Assembly (NCBI GenBank): GCA_017504965.1
Contig: JAFVQD010000010.1
Location: 761-64,760, forward strand
Direction of reading: 5' to 3'
Source of the DNA: Bacteroidales bacterium
GTDB lineage: Bacteria; Bacteroidota; Bacteroidia; Bacteroidales; UBA932
DNA: 64,000 nucleotides
Position numbers and translations under genes: made by a program. Positions 53,503 through 63,282 of this stretch are shown piece after piece. Under the pieces are notes generated by a model, which was given only the letters and a program-made list of their open reading frames with translations, made no database searches and had not been told where the DNA came from. Numbering within the stretch: the first letter of the stretch is position 1; every line of letters starts with the position of its first letter.

Positions 53503-56500
53503 ATGCAAAGTAAAGGCGCCATCAAACTAGTGGCAATTCTAATCGGGTTGGCCTGCTTGTATCAGCTTTCGTTTACAGCAGTAACCTACCTTCAGGAGAA
53601 CAAGGCGGAGAAGTATGCAGAGGATGCAGTGCTTGCAGTTCAGCAAACGCCTTCATTTTCAAAAGTTTCGGAGCTTGACAAAGCTTTCTATTTGGACTCT
53701 TTGAGAAAAGAGAAAAACAGATACTACATCGATAGTATCTCTACCGAGAAAGTGTACTTGGGTTTCACATTTAAAGAAGTTAAAGAGAAAGAGATCAACC
53801 TCGGTCTTGACTTGAAAGGCGGTATGAACGTTATGCTTCAAGTGGAGTTGAGCGATCTTGTAGTGGCATTGTCAGACAATAACACTTCAGCTCAGTTTAC
53901 AGAGGCTCTGGCATTGGCTAAGAAAAATCAGAGAGATTCCCGTTCAGATTTCATCACCCTTTTCGCAGAGGCTTGGGATGTGGTAGCTCCAGGTGAGAGA
54001 CTCTCTTCTGTATTCGCTACTTACGAAATGCGTGAGAAGATCAAACCTGAAAGCACAAACGAAGAGGTTATCAGCGTGATCCGTGAGGAGGCTGAGAGTG
54101 CAGTGGCTAACTCTTTCAACGTACTTAGAAACCGTATCGACCGTTTCGGTGTAGCTTCACCTAACATCCAGAAACTTGGCAACAGCGGCCGTATCCTTGT
54201 GGAGCTTCCAGGTGTAAAAGAGCCTGAGCGTGTAAGAAAACTCCTCCAGGGAACAGCTTCTCTTGAGTTCTGGCCTACCTATGAGGCTGCTGAAGTATTC
54301 GGCTATATGCAAGAGGCAAACAATATCCTCAGAGAGTACCTCTCTTCTGACGATGAGGTAGTAGAAGAGAAAGCAGCACCTGCTTCTGATGATCTTCTGG
54401 CTCAGGCTACTCAAGAGGACAGCCTTTCACTTGACGAAACTAACTACGCTAAGAACAATCCTTTGTTCTACGCACTTCAGCCAAGCATCTACAATGGTCA
54501 GGTAATGCCTGGTCCTATGGTAGGTGTGGCTCACTATAAAGACACTGCAGCTATCAACTCTTGGCTGGAACTTCCTCAGATCAAATCTCTGTTCCCAAGA
54601 GACTTGAAACTTATGTGGACAGTTAAACCTTCTGAGCAGTATGCAAATGACTCATATTTCGAGCTTATCGCTATCAAAGCCAACACCCGTGACGGTAAAG
54701 CACCTCTTGATGGTGGCGCAGTAGCAGACGCAAGAATGTCATACGCAAATACCGGCGGTACTCCAGAAGTGGATATGTCTATGAACGCTGAAGGTTCAAG
54801 AGTATGGGCTCGTCTGACTGCAGACAATATCGGCAAATGTATCGCTATCGCACTTGATGGTACCATTTACTCATATCCAAGGGTAAATCAGGAGATCACC
54901 GGTGGCCGTTCAGCCATTACAGGTAACTTCACCATCGAAGAGGCTGAAGACTTGGCTAACGTACTTAAATCAGGTAAACTTCCTGCTCCTGCTTCTATCG
55001 TTCAGGAACAAGTGGTAGGTCCTTCACTTGGTAGCGAGTCTATCTCAGCAGGTATCATCTCTATCCTGGTAGCTTTCGTACTTGTATTGGTTTACATCGC
55101 TATATTCTATAATGGTGCAGGTCTTGTAGCTAACGTAGCTTTGCTATGTAATGTTATCTTCCTGCTTGGTACATTGGCTTCATTCGGTGCAGTTCTTACC
55201 CTTCCTGGTATGGCAGGTATCGTGTTGACAATGGGTATGGCTGTGGATGCCAACGTTATTATATATGAGCGTATCAAAGAGGAGCTACGTGCAGGTAAAG
55301 CCCTCAGACTGGCAGTGGCAGACGGTTATAAGAATGCTTACTCTGCTATTATCGACGGTAACTTGACCACTATCATCACCGGTATCGTCCTTATGGCGTT
55401 CGGTTCAGGTCCAGTTCAAGGTTTCGCTACTACTCTTGTTATAGGTATCATCACTTCTATGTTCACCTCTATCTTCATCACCCGTCTGATCTTCGAAGCT
55501 AGAATGGCTAAGAACAAAGGTATCACCTTCGATAACAAGGCTACCCGCAACTTCTTGAAGAATACTAAGATTGATTTCTTGGGTATGCGCAAATGGTCTT
55601 ACATCTTCTCTATCGTATGTGTAGTTATCTGTCTTGGTTCTATCTTCATCAAAGGTTTCTCTTATGGTGTTGACTTCACAGGTGGTAGAACATATGTAGT
55701 AAGATTTGACCAGCCTGTATCGGCAGAAGAAGTCAGAGTGGCTACTACTGCAGAGTTCGGTGAGTCAGTAGAGGTTAAACAGTTCGGTGGTGAGAGCCAG
55801 ATGAAGGTCACTACCAAATATATGATCGATGACAACTCTTCAGAGACAGATGTTTTGGTAGATGGTAAGCTTTACAATGCCTTGAAAGGTTATTTTGCTA
55901 CTCCTCTTTCATTTGAAGACTTCACCTCTACAGTAGATAACCCTAACGGTATCATCAGTTCAGATAAAGTAGGTCCTACTATCGCTAACGATATCAAGAG
56001 AAATGCTGTTATCGCAGTTATCATCGCGCTATTCGCTATCTTCGTATATATCGCAGCACGATTCAGAAACTGGACTTATGGTCTTGGTGGTGTAGTGGCT
56101 TTGGTACACGACGCTATCATCGCTATCGGTTTCTTCTCACTGTTTACTGGTGTTCTTCCTTTCACACTCGACGTAGACCAGACATTTATCGCCGCTATCC
56201 TTACTATCATCGGTTACTCTATCAACGATAACGTGGTTATCTTCGACCGTATCCGTGAGAACAATATGCTATATCCTAAACGTGACCTTGGTCAGAATGT
56301 AAATGAGGCTCTTAACAGCACCCTTTCAAGAACTGTGAACACCTCACTTTCTACTTTGGTTACCCTTATCGCTATCGCATTGTTCGGTGGTGAGGTTATT
56401 AGAGGTTTCGCTGTAGCACTGATCGTAGGTATTGTATTCGGTACATACTCATCAGTGTTTATCGGTACCCCTCTAATGTTTGATATGACTACCAGAAAAG

Positions 56501-56526
56501 CAAAAAAAGCTGCTTTGAAGAAATAG
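53503..56526 (+). CDS. secDF: Protein translocase subunit SecDF (fused SecD-SecF)
   Basis: About 1000 aa with two 6-TM modules. SecD blocks LGLDLKGGMNV and VGPSLG. SecF block GVDFTGG. Conserved TM regions are GMAVDANVIIYERIKEE and GYSINDNVVIFDRIREN. Confidence 0.95.
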   Translation: MQSKGAIKLVAILIGLACLYQLSFTAVTYLQENKAEKYAEDAVLAVQQTPSFSKVSELDKAFYLDSLRKEKNRYYIDSISTEKVYLGFTFKEVKEKEINLGLDLKGGMNVMLQVELSDLVVALSDNNTSAQFTEALALAKKNQRDSRSDFITLFAEAWDVVAPGERLSSVFATYEMREKIKPESTNEEVISVIREEAESAVANSFNVLRNRIDRFGVASPNIQKLGNSGRILVELPGVKEPERVRKLLQGTASLEFWPTYEAAEVFGYMQEANNILREYLSSDDEVVEEKAAPASDDLLAQATQEDSLSLDETNYAKNNPLFYALQPSIYNGQVMPGPMVGVAHYKDTAAINSWLELPQIKSLFPRDLKLMWTVKPSEQYANDSYFELIAIKANTRDGKAPLDGGAVADARMSYANTGGTPEVDMSMNAEGSRVWARLTADNIGKCIAIALDGTIYSYPRVNQEITGGRSAITGNFTIEEAEDLANVLKSGKLPAPASIVQEQVVGPSLGSESISAGIISILVAFVLVLVYIAIFYNGAGLVANVALLCNVIFLLGTLASFGAVLTLPGMAGIVLTMGMAVDANVIIYERIKEELRAGKALRLAVADGYKNAYSAIIDGNLTTIITGIVLMAFGSGPVQGFATTLVIGIITSMFTSIFITRLIFEARMAKNKGITFDNKATRNFLKNTKIDFLGMRKWSYIFSIVCVVICLGSIFIKGFSYGVDFTGGRTYVVRFDQPVSAEEVRVATTAEFGESVEVKQFGGESQMKVTTKYMIDDNSSETDVLVDGKLYNALKGYFATPLSFEDFTSTVDNPNGIISSDKVGPTIANDIKRNAVIAVIIALFAIFVYIAARFRNWTYGLGGVVALVHDAIIAIGFFSLFTGVLPFTLDVDQTFIAAILTIIGYSINDNVVIFDRIRENNMLYPKRDLGQNVNEALNSTLSRTVNTSLSTLVTLIAIALFGGEVIRGFAVALIVGIVFGTYSSVFIGTPLMFDMTTRKAKKAALKK

Positions 56527-56550
56527 TCTGACACAGACACACAATAAGCG

Positions 56551-56584
56551 AAAAGGCTGTCACTATGAGTGGCGGCCTTTTTTC
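56551..56584 (+). terminator. Probable terminator after secDF
   Basis: aaaaggc...gcc hairpin (imperfect inner stem) followed by TTTTTT. An AT-rich stretch follows. Confidence 0.5.
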
Positions 56585-56730
56585 GTGTGAAATAAGATAA
56601 AATTTGGCACAATATTTATCTTAATTTGGTATAATTATCAAAATAAGATAATAAAAAACAGCTTATTTTGTGTAAAATAATTTGAATAAATCATTTTTTG
56701 ATTTTATTTTTGTCTTAAACAGATGTAGTT

Positions 56731-58188
56731 ATGCTTAAGGATGATATAATGAAAGAGCAAATCTTGAAGAGGATGCAGTTTGATAATCCATGGTGGGTCT
56801 CCGGTTCTATACCTGGTGATTATGACAAAATGAAGCGCAGATTATATTTAGACTTATTCTTTCCACTGGTAACAGATATATCTCTTCGTAGAGGTGTAAT
56901 TCTAATGGGTCCTCGTCGTGTTGGGAAAACTGTTATGCTGTTTCACACAATAGAAGAACTTTTGAAGCAAGGAGTCTCCCCTCAAAAGATAATATACCTT
57001 TCAATAGACACACCTATATACAATAATATTTCTTTAGAAGAACTATTCCAGTTAGCGAGAGAATCGCTTAAACAAAGTGATGCCCCATTGGAAGGGTATT
57101 ATGTGTTTTATGATGAAATACAATATTTGAAAGAATGGGAGGTTCATTTGAAGTCTCTAATTGATAGCTATAGGGGGGTAAAATTTATTGCATCAGGATC
57201 AGCGGCTGCCGCTCTAAGAATGAAAAGTGTAGAGAGTGGTGCAGGTAGATTTACAGACTTTATGCTACCGCCATTAACTTTTAATGAGTATATTCATTTG
57301 TTGGGATTGAATAACCTTATAGTTCCAGCTAAGATGTATTGGGATGGGAGGGAGATTGATTCATACGATACAATAGACATAGATACTCTTAACAGACACT
57401 TTCTAAACTATATAAATTATGGAGGATATCCAGAAATAGTTTTGTCATCTAATACGCATGATGATGTGAGCCAGTATGTGAGACACGATATAGTGGACAA
57501 AGTAATGTTGCGAGACTTACCCAGTTTGTATGGGATAAAAGATATTCAAGAGCTTAACAGACTTTTTGTACATATTGTATATCGATCAGGTGAAGAATTT
57601 ACATATGAAAATCTTTCACAAGATTCAGGAATAGATAAAAGCACTATAAAGAGGTATATACAGTATTTTGAGTCTGCTTTTCTAATAAAAGTGGTATACA
57701 AGGTGACAGAAAATGCTAAAAAGTTCCAACGTATCACAGCTTTTAAGATATACCTTACTAACCCATCCCTAAGATGTGCACTTTTCTCACCCCTTTCAGC
57801 TTCAGACAGTATGTTTGGGCATATGGTTGAGACAGCCATTTATGCACAGTGGATACAACGTGGTAATGTAGAGATTCATTATGCAAGGTGGAAGGAAAAT
57901 AAAAAGGATAGGGAAGTTGATATGGTTGGGATGAACGTTGCTACCCAAAAACCCAGCTGGGCCGTGGAAATAAAATGGAGTGATAGATTTATAGAGCAGA
58001 TATCGGAATTAAAGCCATTGCTAAATTTCTTAGAGAATAATAAATTATCAAATACACTCGTGACCACCATAAGTAAACGTTTTTATAAACAGATGACATC
58101 TGTGGGTATTCAGTTTATACCAGCATCTTTATATGCTTATATAGTGGGAGATAACACTATCAAACAACGTAAAATGATGATTAATTAG
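56731..58188 (+). CDS. AAA+ ATPase of the AAA_14/DUF4143 type (the start may be the ATG at 56749)
   Basis: FDNPWW N-terminus, Walker A GPRRVGKT, Walker B YVFYDEIQY, and a C-terminal DUF4143-like block (VDMVG...AVEIKWSD) resembling a PD-(D/E)xK-like tail. Confidence 0.75.
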   Translation: MLKDDIMKEQILKRMQFDNPWWVSGSIPGDYDKMKRRLYLDLFFPLVTDISLRRGVILMGPRRVGKTVMLFHTIEELLKQGVSPQKIIYLSIDTPIYNNISLEELFQLARESLKQSDAPLEGYYVFYDEIQYLKEWEVHLKSLIDSYRGVKFIASGSAAAALRMKSVESGAGRFTDFMLPPLTFNEYIHLLGLNNLIVPAKMYWDGREIDSYDTIDIDTLNRHFLNYINYGGYPEIVLSSNTHDDVSQYVRHDIVDKVMLRDLPSLYGIKDIQELNRLFVHIVYRSGEEFTYENLSQDSGIDKSTIKRYIQYFESAFLIKVVYKVTENAKKFQRITAFKIYLTNPSLRCALFSPLSASDSMFGHMVETAIYAQWIQRGNVEIHYARWKENKKDREVDMVGMNVATQKPSWAVEIKWSDRFIEQISELKPLLNFLENNKLSNTLVTTISKRFYKQMTSVGIQFIPASLYAYIVGDNTIKQRKMMIN

Positions 58189-58217
58189 GTGGTCTATAGA
58201 ATAATATTCAAATAAAT

Positions 58218-59663
58218 ATGGCATTTGAACAAATAATAAAAAACTTAGATAATTGCCTTAGAACTGACAAAGGTTGCACAAGCGAGTTGGATTATGTAGA
58301 ACAAACCTCTTGGATACTATTCTTGAAGTATCTTGATGATTTGGATAAGACAAGACAGATGGCTTGTCTTCTTCAAGATAAGGAATATACACCGATAATA
58401 GCGGAGGGATACAGATGGAATGATTGGGCTATGCCACGGAAGGAGAATGGTGAATATGATATATCCAATGCCCTTGTTGGTGATGATCTAATAGACTTTG
58501 TGAATGGCAAGCTGTTTCCTTACCTTAAGAAGTTTAGAGAGTTTGGTCAACCTAAGTCAATTGAAGTTAAGATTGGTGTTATATTCTCAGAGATTAGGAA
58601 TAGGATTCAAAGCGGATACAACCTACGTGATATTCTTGAGCAGGTCGACAACCTTAAGTTTCAGACATCTGAGCAAAAGCACGAAATGACTTATTGGTAT
58701 GAAAGCCGATTGAACAGAATGGGTAATGCGGGTCGTAATGGCGGTGAGTATTATACCCCAAGACCTCTTATTCGCACCATTGTAAAGGTTGTAGATCCAC
58801 AAATAGGAAAAACTGTTTATGATGGTGCTTGTGGATCCGCAGGCTTCCTTTGTGAGGCGTACAATTATATGCACGATAAGGTAAAGAGAACTGAGGATGA
58901 GGCAATTCTTCAAGCAGATACGTTTACGGGAAAAGATGATAAAGCATTGCCGTATGTTATTGCCACAATGAATATGATCCTACACGGAGTAGAGTCCCCA
59001 AATATTATCAACACCAATACGCTCACAGAAAACCTTGCCGATGTACAAGAGAAGGATAGATTTGACTATATCCTTGCAAACCCTCCTTTTGGTGGTAAAG
59101 AGCGTGCAGAGGTGCAGCAGAACTTCACAATAAAGACATCTGAAACAGCTTACCTATTCTTGGAGCACTTTATAAAGTATCTACGCGCTGGTGGGCAAGC
59201 GGGTATAGTGATTAAAAATACATTCCTAAGCAATACAGATAATGCATCTATCTCATTGAGAAAGAAACTACTTGAAGAATGTAATCTTCATACGGTTCTT
59301 GATCTTCCTTCGGGTGTGTTTCAAGCGGGCGTAAAGACTATTGTTCTTTTCTTTAAGAAAGGCGAACCAACTGATAAAGTGTGGTTCTATCAGTTAAATC
59401 TTAACCGCACCCTTGGTAAGACTGACCCACTTAACGAGAGTGATTTGGCTGACTTTGTTGCAAAACAAAAGACAAAAGAAGATAGTGAAAACTCTTGGAG
59501 CGTGAAAGTATCTGACTTGGATGAGAACTACGACCTTTCTCCGAAGAACCCTAATAAGGTGGAAGTGGTAGACAAAAGGACACCCGAACAGATAGCACAA
59601 GAGATTAAAAATCTTGCTATGTATAGTAATAGATTGTTGGATGAAATAATCGGAATGCTATGA
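58218..59663 (+). CDS. hsdM: Type I restriction-modification system methyltransferase subunit HsdM (N6-adenine)
   Basis: HsdM N-terminal domain (EQTSWILFLKYLDD), GEYYTPRPLIRTIV, AdoMet motif DGACGSAGFL, catalytic NPPFGG. Confidence 0.93.
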   Translation: MAFEQIIKNLDNCLRTDKGCTSELDYVEQTSWILFLKYLDDLDKTRQMACLLQDKEYTPIIAEGYRWNDWAMPRKENGEYDISNALVGDDLIDFVNGKLFPYLKKFREFGQPKSIEVKIGVIFSEIRNRIQSGYNLRDILEQVDNLKFQTSEQKHEMTYWYESRLNRMGNAGRNGGEYYTPRPLIRTIVKVVDPQIGKTVYDGACGSAGFLCEAYNYMHDKVKRTEDEAILQADTFTGKDDKALPYVIATMNMILHGVESPNIINTNTLTENLADVQEKDRFDYILANPPFGGKERAEVQQNFTIKTSETAYLFLEHFIKYLRAGGQAGIVIKNTFLSNTDNASISLRKKLLEECNLHTVLDLPSGVFQAGVKTIVLFFKKGEPTDKVWFYQLNLNRTLGKTDPLNESDLADFVAKQKTKEDSENSWSVKVSDLDENYDLSPKNPNKVEVVDKRTPEQIAQEIKNLAMYSNRLLDEIIGML

Positions 59664-60829
59664 TTGAAAGGAACTTATGCAGATTAGAAGATGTCTGCGA
59701 CTTCCAAAATGGATTTGCGTTCAAAAGCACGTCTTTTACCAAAGAAGGTGAACCCATATTGAGAATATCTGATATTCAGGGTGGTGAGGTTGATGATAGC
59801 AACGTAGTGTACTTTAACCCTTCATCATACAAGGAGGATTTATCTCGTTTTGTTGTATACCCAAATGACATTGTAATAGCTATGTCAGGTGGCACCACAG
59901 GGAAAGTAGGTGTCAATACAACAGGTAAATCTTTTTACCTAAATCAACGAGTAGGTGTATTTAGAGAGAAGGAAATGCTGAATCACTCTTATCTATACTA
60001 CTATCTTCTTACAAAATCCGAAGAAAGTTTAAGGATAGCAGCAGGAGCTGCTCAGCCCAACTTAAGTACAGCCCAAATTAAGTCATTTATAATACCAATA
60101 CCTCATTTAGATGAGCAACAGCGCATTGTAGATACCCTCGATGCAGAGTTTGCTAAGATAGATGCTCTTAAAGAAAATGCAGAGAAGAACCTTCAAAATG
60201 CAAAAGACCTTTTTCAAGCTGTATTGAGAAAAGAACTTGAGCCAAAAGAGGGGTGGAAAAAAAGCACAATAGCAGAAACGTGTATCCTTAAAAGTGGAAA
60301 CTCAAATGCTAATAACTCACCTGAGGGTTTGCTACCTTTTGTGAAGGTTGGCGATATGAATATCAAAGGGAACGAGGAAAGAATAACTTGTTCTACAAAT
60401 TACGTTTCATACGAATGTAATAAAAAGAATATTTTTCCAATTGGTACAATTATTTTCCCTAAAAGAGGCGGGGCGATATTAACTAACAAAAAAAGAATAA
60501 CTTCAGTTGAAGTTTGCTGCGACTTAAATGTGATGGGAGTGTATTCAAAAGGGAGCATTCTCTCAGAATATTTGTTTTATTATTTTTTGAGTGTGGATTT
60601 ATCCAAGATTTACAATGGTGCGGCAATACCACAAATCAACAATGGAGATATAGGGCCACTGACAATATATTACCCTATAAATACAATTAAACAGCAAGAG
60701 GTTGTAAAGCGACTTTCTTTACACAAATCTATATGTAATAAAATGATCGACAATTATGCAAAGACTGTTAGCCATTGCAATGATCTTAAACAAGCACTAC
60801 TAAGAAAAGCATTCAACGGAGAATTATAA
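59660..60829 (+). CDS. hsdS: Type I restriction-modification system specificity subunit HsdS (two TRDs)
   Basis: It overlaps hsdM by 4 nt. Two target-recognition halves are each followed by a conserved helix (LDEQQRIVDTLDAEFAKIDALKENAEKNLQNAKDLFQAVLRKEL; ...CNDLKQALLRKAFNGEL). Confidence 0.9.
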   Translation: MIERNLCRLEDVCDFQNGFAFKSTSFTKEGEPILRISDIQGGEVDDSNVVYFNPSSYKEDLSRFVVYPNDIVIAMSGGTTGKVGVNTTGKSFYLNQRVGVFREKEMLNHSYLYYYLLTKSEESLRIAAGAAQPNLSTAQIKSFIIPIPHLDEQQRIVDTLDAEFAKIDALKENAEKNLQNAKDLFQAVLRKELEPKEGWKKSTIAETCILKSGNSNANNSPEGLLPFVKVGDMNIKGNEERITCSTNYVSYECNKKNIFPIGTIIFPKRGGAILTNKKRITSVEVCCDLNVMGVYSKGSILSEYLFYYFLSVDLSKIYNGAAIPQINNGDIGPLTIYYPINTIKQQEVVKRLSLHKSICNKMIDNYAKTVSHCNDLKQALLRKAFNGEL

Positions 60830-60839
60830 CTGAAAGACT

Positions 60840-63209
60840 ATGAACGAAAGTCAAACCCGTATAGACAAGATAGACCCTGCGCTGAAGGCAGCAGGTTGGA
60901 GTATGGTGGATGATAGTCGTATCATCACCGAATACAATATCACCAAGGGTAGGATAAGCAAAACGAGCAAGTCTAAAGCATTGAAAGCGGACTACATCCT
61001 ATCGTATAAGGGTGTCAAGCTTGCAGTTGTGGAAGCGAAGAGTGATGAAAAAGATGTTTCTGAGGGTGTTGCTCAAGCAAAACAATATGCAGAGAAACTT
61101 GCCATCCGTTTTACTTATGCGACAAATGGCGATAAGATCTATGCCATAGATATGCAGACAGGTGAAGAGGGCGAGATTTCTTCCTACCCTTCTCCTCAGG
61201 ATTTATGGGATATGACTTTTGGAGATATTGATGAATGGCGTGATAAGTTCAATCAACAGTCTCTTTACTCTAACGGGACCAAACAGCCGAGATATTACCA
61301 AGAGATTGCCATAAACAGAACCCTTGATGCTATATCTAAGGGTAAAAATAGAATATTACTTACGCTTGCTACCGGTACGGGCAAAACTTTCATTGCTTTT
61401 CAAATATGTTATAAATTATTCCATACCAAGTGGAATGTAAAGAAAACAGGTAATAGACCACGTATTCTATTCCTTGCGGATCGCAATATTCTTGCAAACC
61501 AAGCGTTCAATGGCTTCTTCGGATTTGCTCAAGATGCTCTCGTTAGGATCACGCCTGATAGTGTAAGAAAAAACGGGAAAGTACCTACAAATGGTTCAAT
61601 CTTCTTTACCATTTTCCAAACGTTTATGACAGAGAAAGGTGACGAGGCTACCTTTGGTCAGTATCCAAAGGATTTCTTTGATGTTATCATCATTGATGAG
61701 TGTCATAGAGGTGGTGCCAACGACGAGAGTAATTGGAGAGAGATAATGAACTACTTTGATAGTGCTGTTCAGATAGGTTTGACTGCTACTCCAAGACGAG
61801 ATATAAACGTGGATACATACAAGTATTTTGGCGAGCCTGTATATCAGTACTCATTGAAGCAAGGTATTGCGGATGGTTTCTTAACACCATTTAGACATAG
61901 CAAGATGCAGGGTACTATTGATGACTACATTTATAGTCCCGAGGATGAAGTTTTATCGGGAGAGGTTGAAGAGGGTAAAACATACACTGAGAATGACTTT
62001 TACAACGGGAATATTACCATTAAGCAAAGGGATATGTCTCGTGTGAAAGAGTTTATGAAGTATATTGGAGAGGATGAGAAAACCCTTGTATTCTGTTCAA
62101 CGCAGAATCACGCTGCGCAGATACGAGATATGATAAACCAAGTACACAGAGGTAATCCTAAGTATGCTGTTAGGGTAACTGCAAATGATGGTGGATTGGG
62201 AGAGCAGTACTTGAAGGAGTTTCAAGATAATGAAAAGACAATCCCGACCATCTTGACTACATCACAGAAGCTTTCTACGGGTGTGGATGCGCTTAATGTG
62301 AGGAATATCGTGCTTTTGAGACCTATTCATAGTATGATTGAGTTTAAGCAGATAATTGGTAGAGGAACAAGATTGTATGATGGTAAGTACTACTTCACAA
62401 TTTATGATTTTGTGAAGGCATATGAGAAGTTTCAGGATCCGACGTGGGATGGAGAGCCTGTATGTCCAATATGTGGTCAGGAACCCTGTATATGTGAGTC
62501 TGGGACAGTTGGGGGTTATGATCCGGATGATGCAGAGAATAGTGCTATAAAAGAAGAAAGTCCGGAGTATGGAGGCGAAACTTGTAAGATTTGTGGTCAG
62601 GACCCTTGTGTTTGTGAAAAGCCGGAGAAACTTGAGATAAGACTTTCAGATGGTAGAGCAAGACAGATTAAATATGTGAAGTCAGATATGTTTTGGGGAT
62701 CTGATGGTAAGCCTATCAGTGCAGAAGAGTTTATTAAGACGATGTTTGGCAAATTGCCCGAATTTTTTAATTCAATTGAAGATTTGCAAAACAAATGGGC
62801 AAATCCGAAGACTAGAGATGAATTATTGGATAAGCTTGATGAAGCGGGTTATGGAAGAGATACTTTGAAGCAGATTAGAACATTGATAGATGCTGAAAAT
62901 AGTGACTTGTTGGATGTACTCGAGTATATATCTTTTAATGTGGATCCTATCGAAAGGGAGGAACGAGTACGAAACGTTGAAGCATATACATCAACATTAT
63001 CTGCTAGTCATAAGGATTTTGTTGATTATATAGTTAACCTATATATCAAAACTGGTAGTGAGGAACTTGCAATGGACAAGTTGCCAGCAATTATTACTAT
63101 GAAGTACGGTTCTCTACTTGACGGAATGAATGTTCTTGGTGGTGTTGATACGGCTAGGAATACTTTTGTTACCTTTCAACAATACCTATACACAGGGAGT
63201 GTTGCATAA
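60840..63209 (+). CDS. hsdR: Type I restriction endonuclease subunit HsdR with an EcoEI-R-type C-terminal domain
   Basis: N-terminal nuclease domain (TRIDKIDPALKAAGW...VVEAKS). SF2 helicase motifs TGTGKT, DECHRG, LTATP and QIIGRGTR. The C-terminal roughly 200 aa resemble the EcoEI R C-terminal domain. Confidence 0.92.
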   Translation: MNESQTRIDKIDPALKAAGWSMVDDSRIITEYNITKGRISKTSKSKALKADYILSYKGVKLAVVEAKSDEKDVSEGVAQAKQYAEKLAIRFTYATNGDKIYAIDMQTGEEGEISSYPSPQDLWDMTFGDIDEWRDKFNQQSLYSNGTKQPRYYQEIAINRTLDAISKGKNRILLTLATGTGKTFIAFQICYKLFHTKWNVKKTGNRPRILFLADRNILANQAFNGFFGFAQDALVRITPDSVRKNGKVPTNGSIFFTIFQTFMTEKGDEATFGQYPKDFFDVIIIDECHRGGANDESNWREIMNYFDSAVQIGLTATPRRDINVDTYKYFGEPVYQYSLKQGIADGFLTPFRHSKMQGTIDDYIYSPEDEVLSGEVEEGKTYTENDFYNGNITIKQRDMSRVKEFMKYIGEDEKTLVFCSTQNHAAQIRDMINQVHRGNPKYAVRVTANDGGLGEQYLKEFQDNEKTIPTILTTSQKLSTGVDALNVRNIVLLRPIHSMIEFKQIIGRGTRLYDGKYYFTIYDFVKAYEKFQDPTWDGEPVCPICGQEPCICESGTVGGYDPDDAENSAIKEESPEYGGETCKICGQDPCVCEKPEKLEIRLSDGRARQIKYVKSDMFWGSDGKPISAEEFIKTMFGKLPEFFNSIEDLQNKWANPKTRDELLDKLDEAGYGRDTLKQIRTLIDAENSDLLDVLEYISFNVDPIEREERVRNVEAYTSTLSASHKDFVDYIVNLYIKTGSEELAMDKLPAIITMKYGSLLDGMNVLGGVDTARNTFVTFQQYLYTGSVA

Positions 63210-63282
63210 GTATTTTAACAATCTGGTTTTTAAGACCTACAATTATTGTTTGTACAAACATAAGAATGTTTGTCAATATAAG

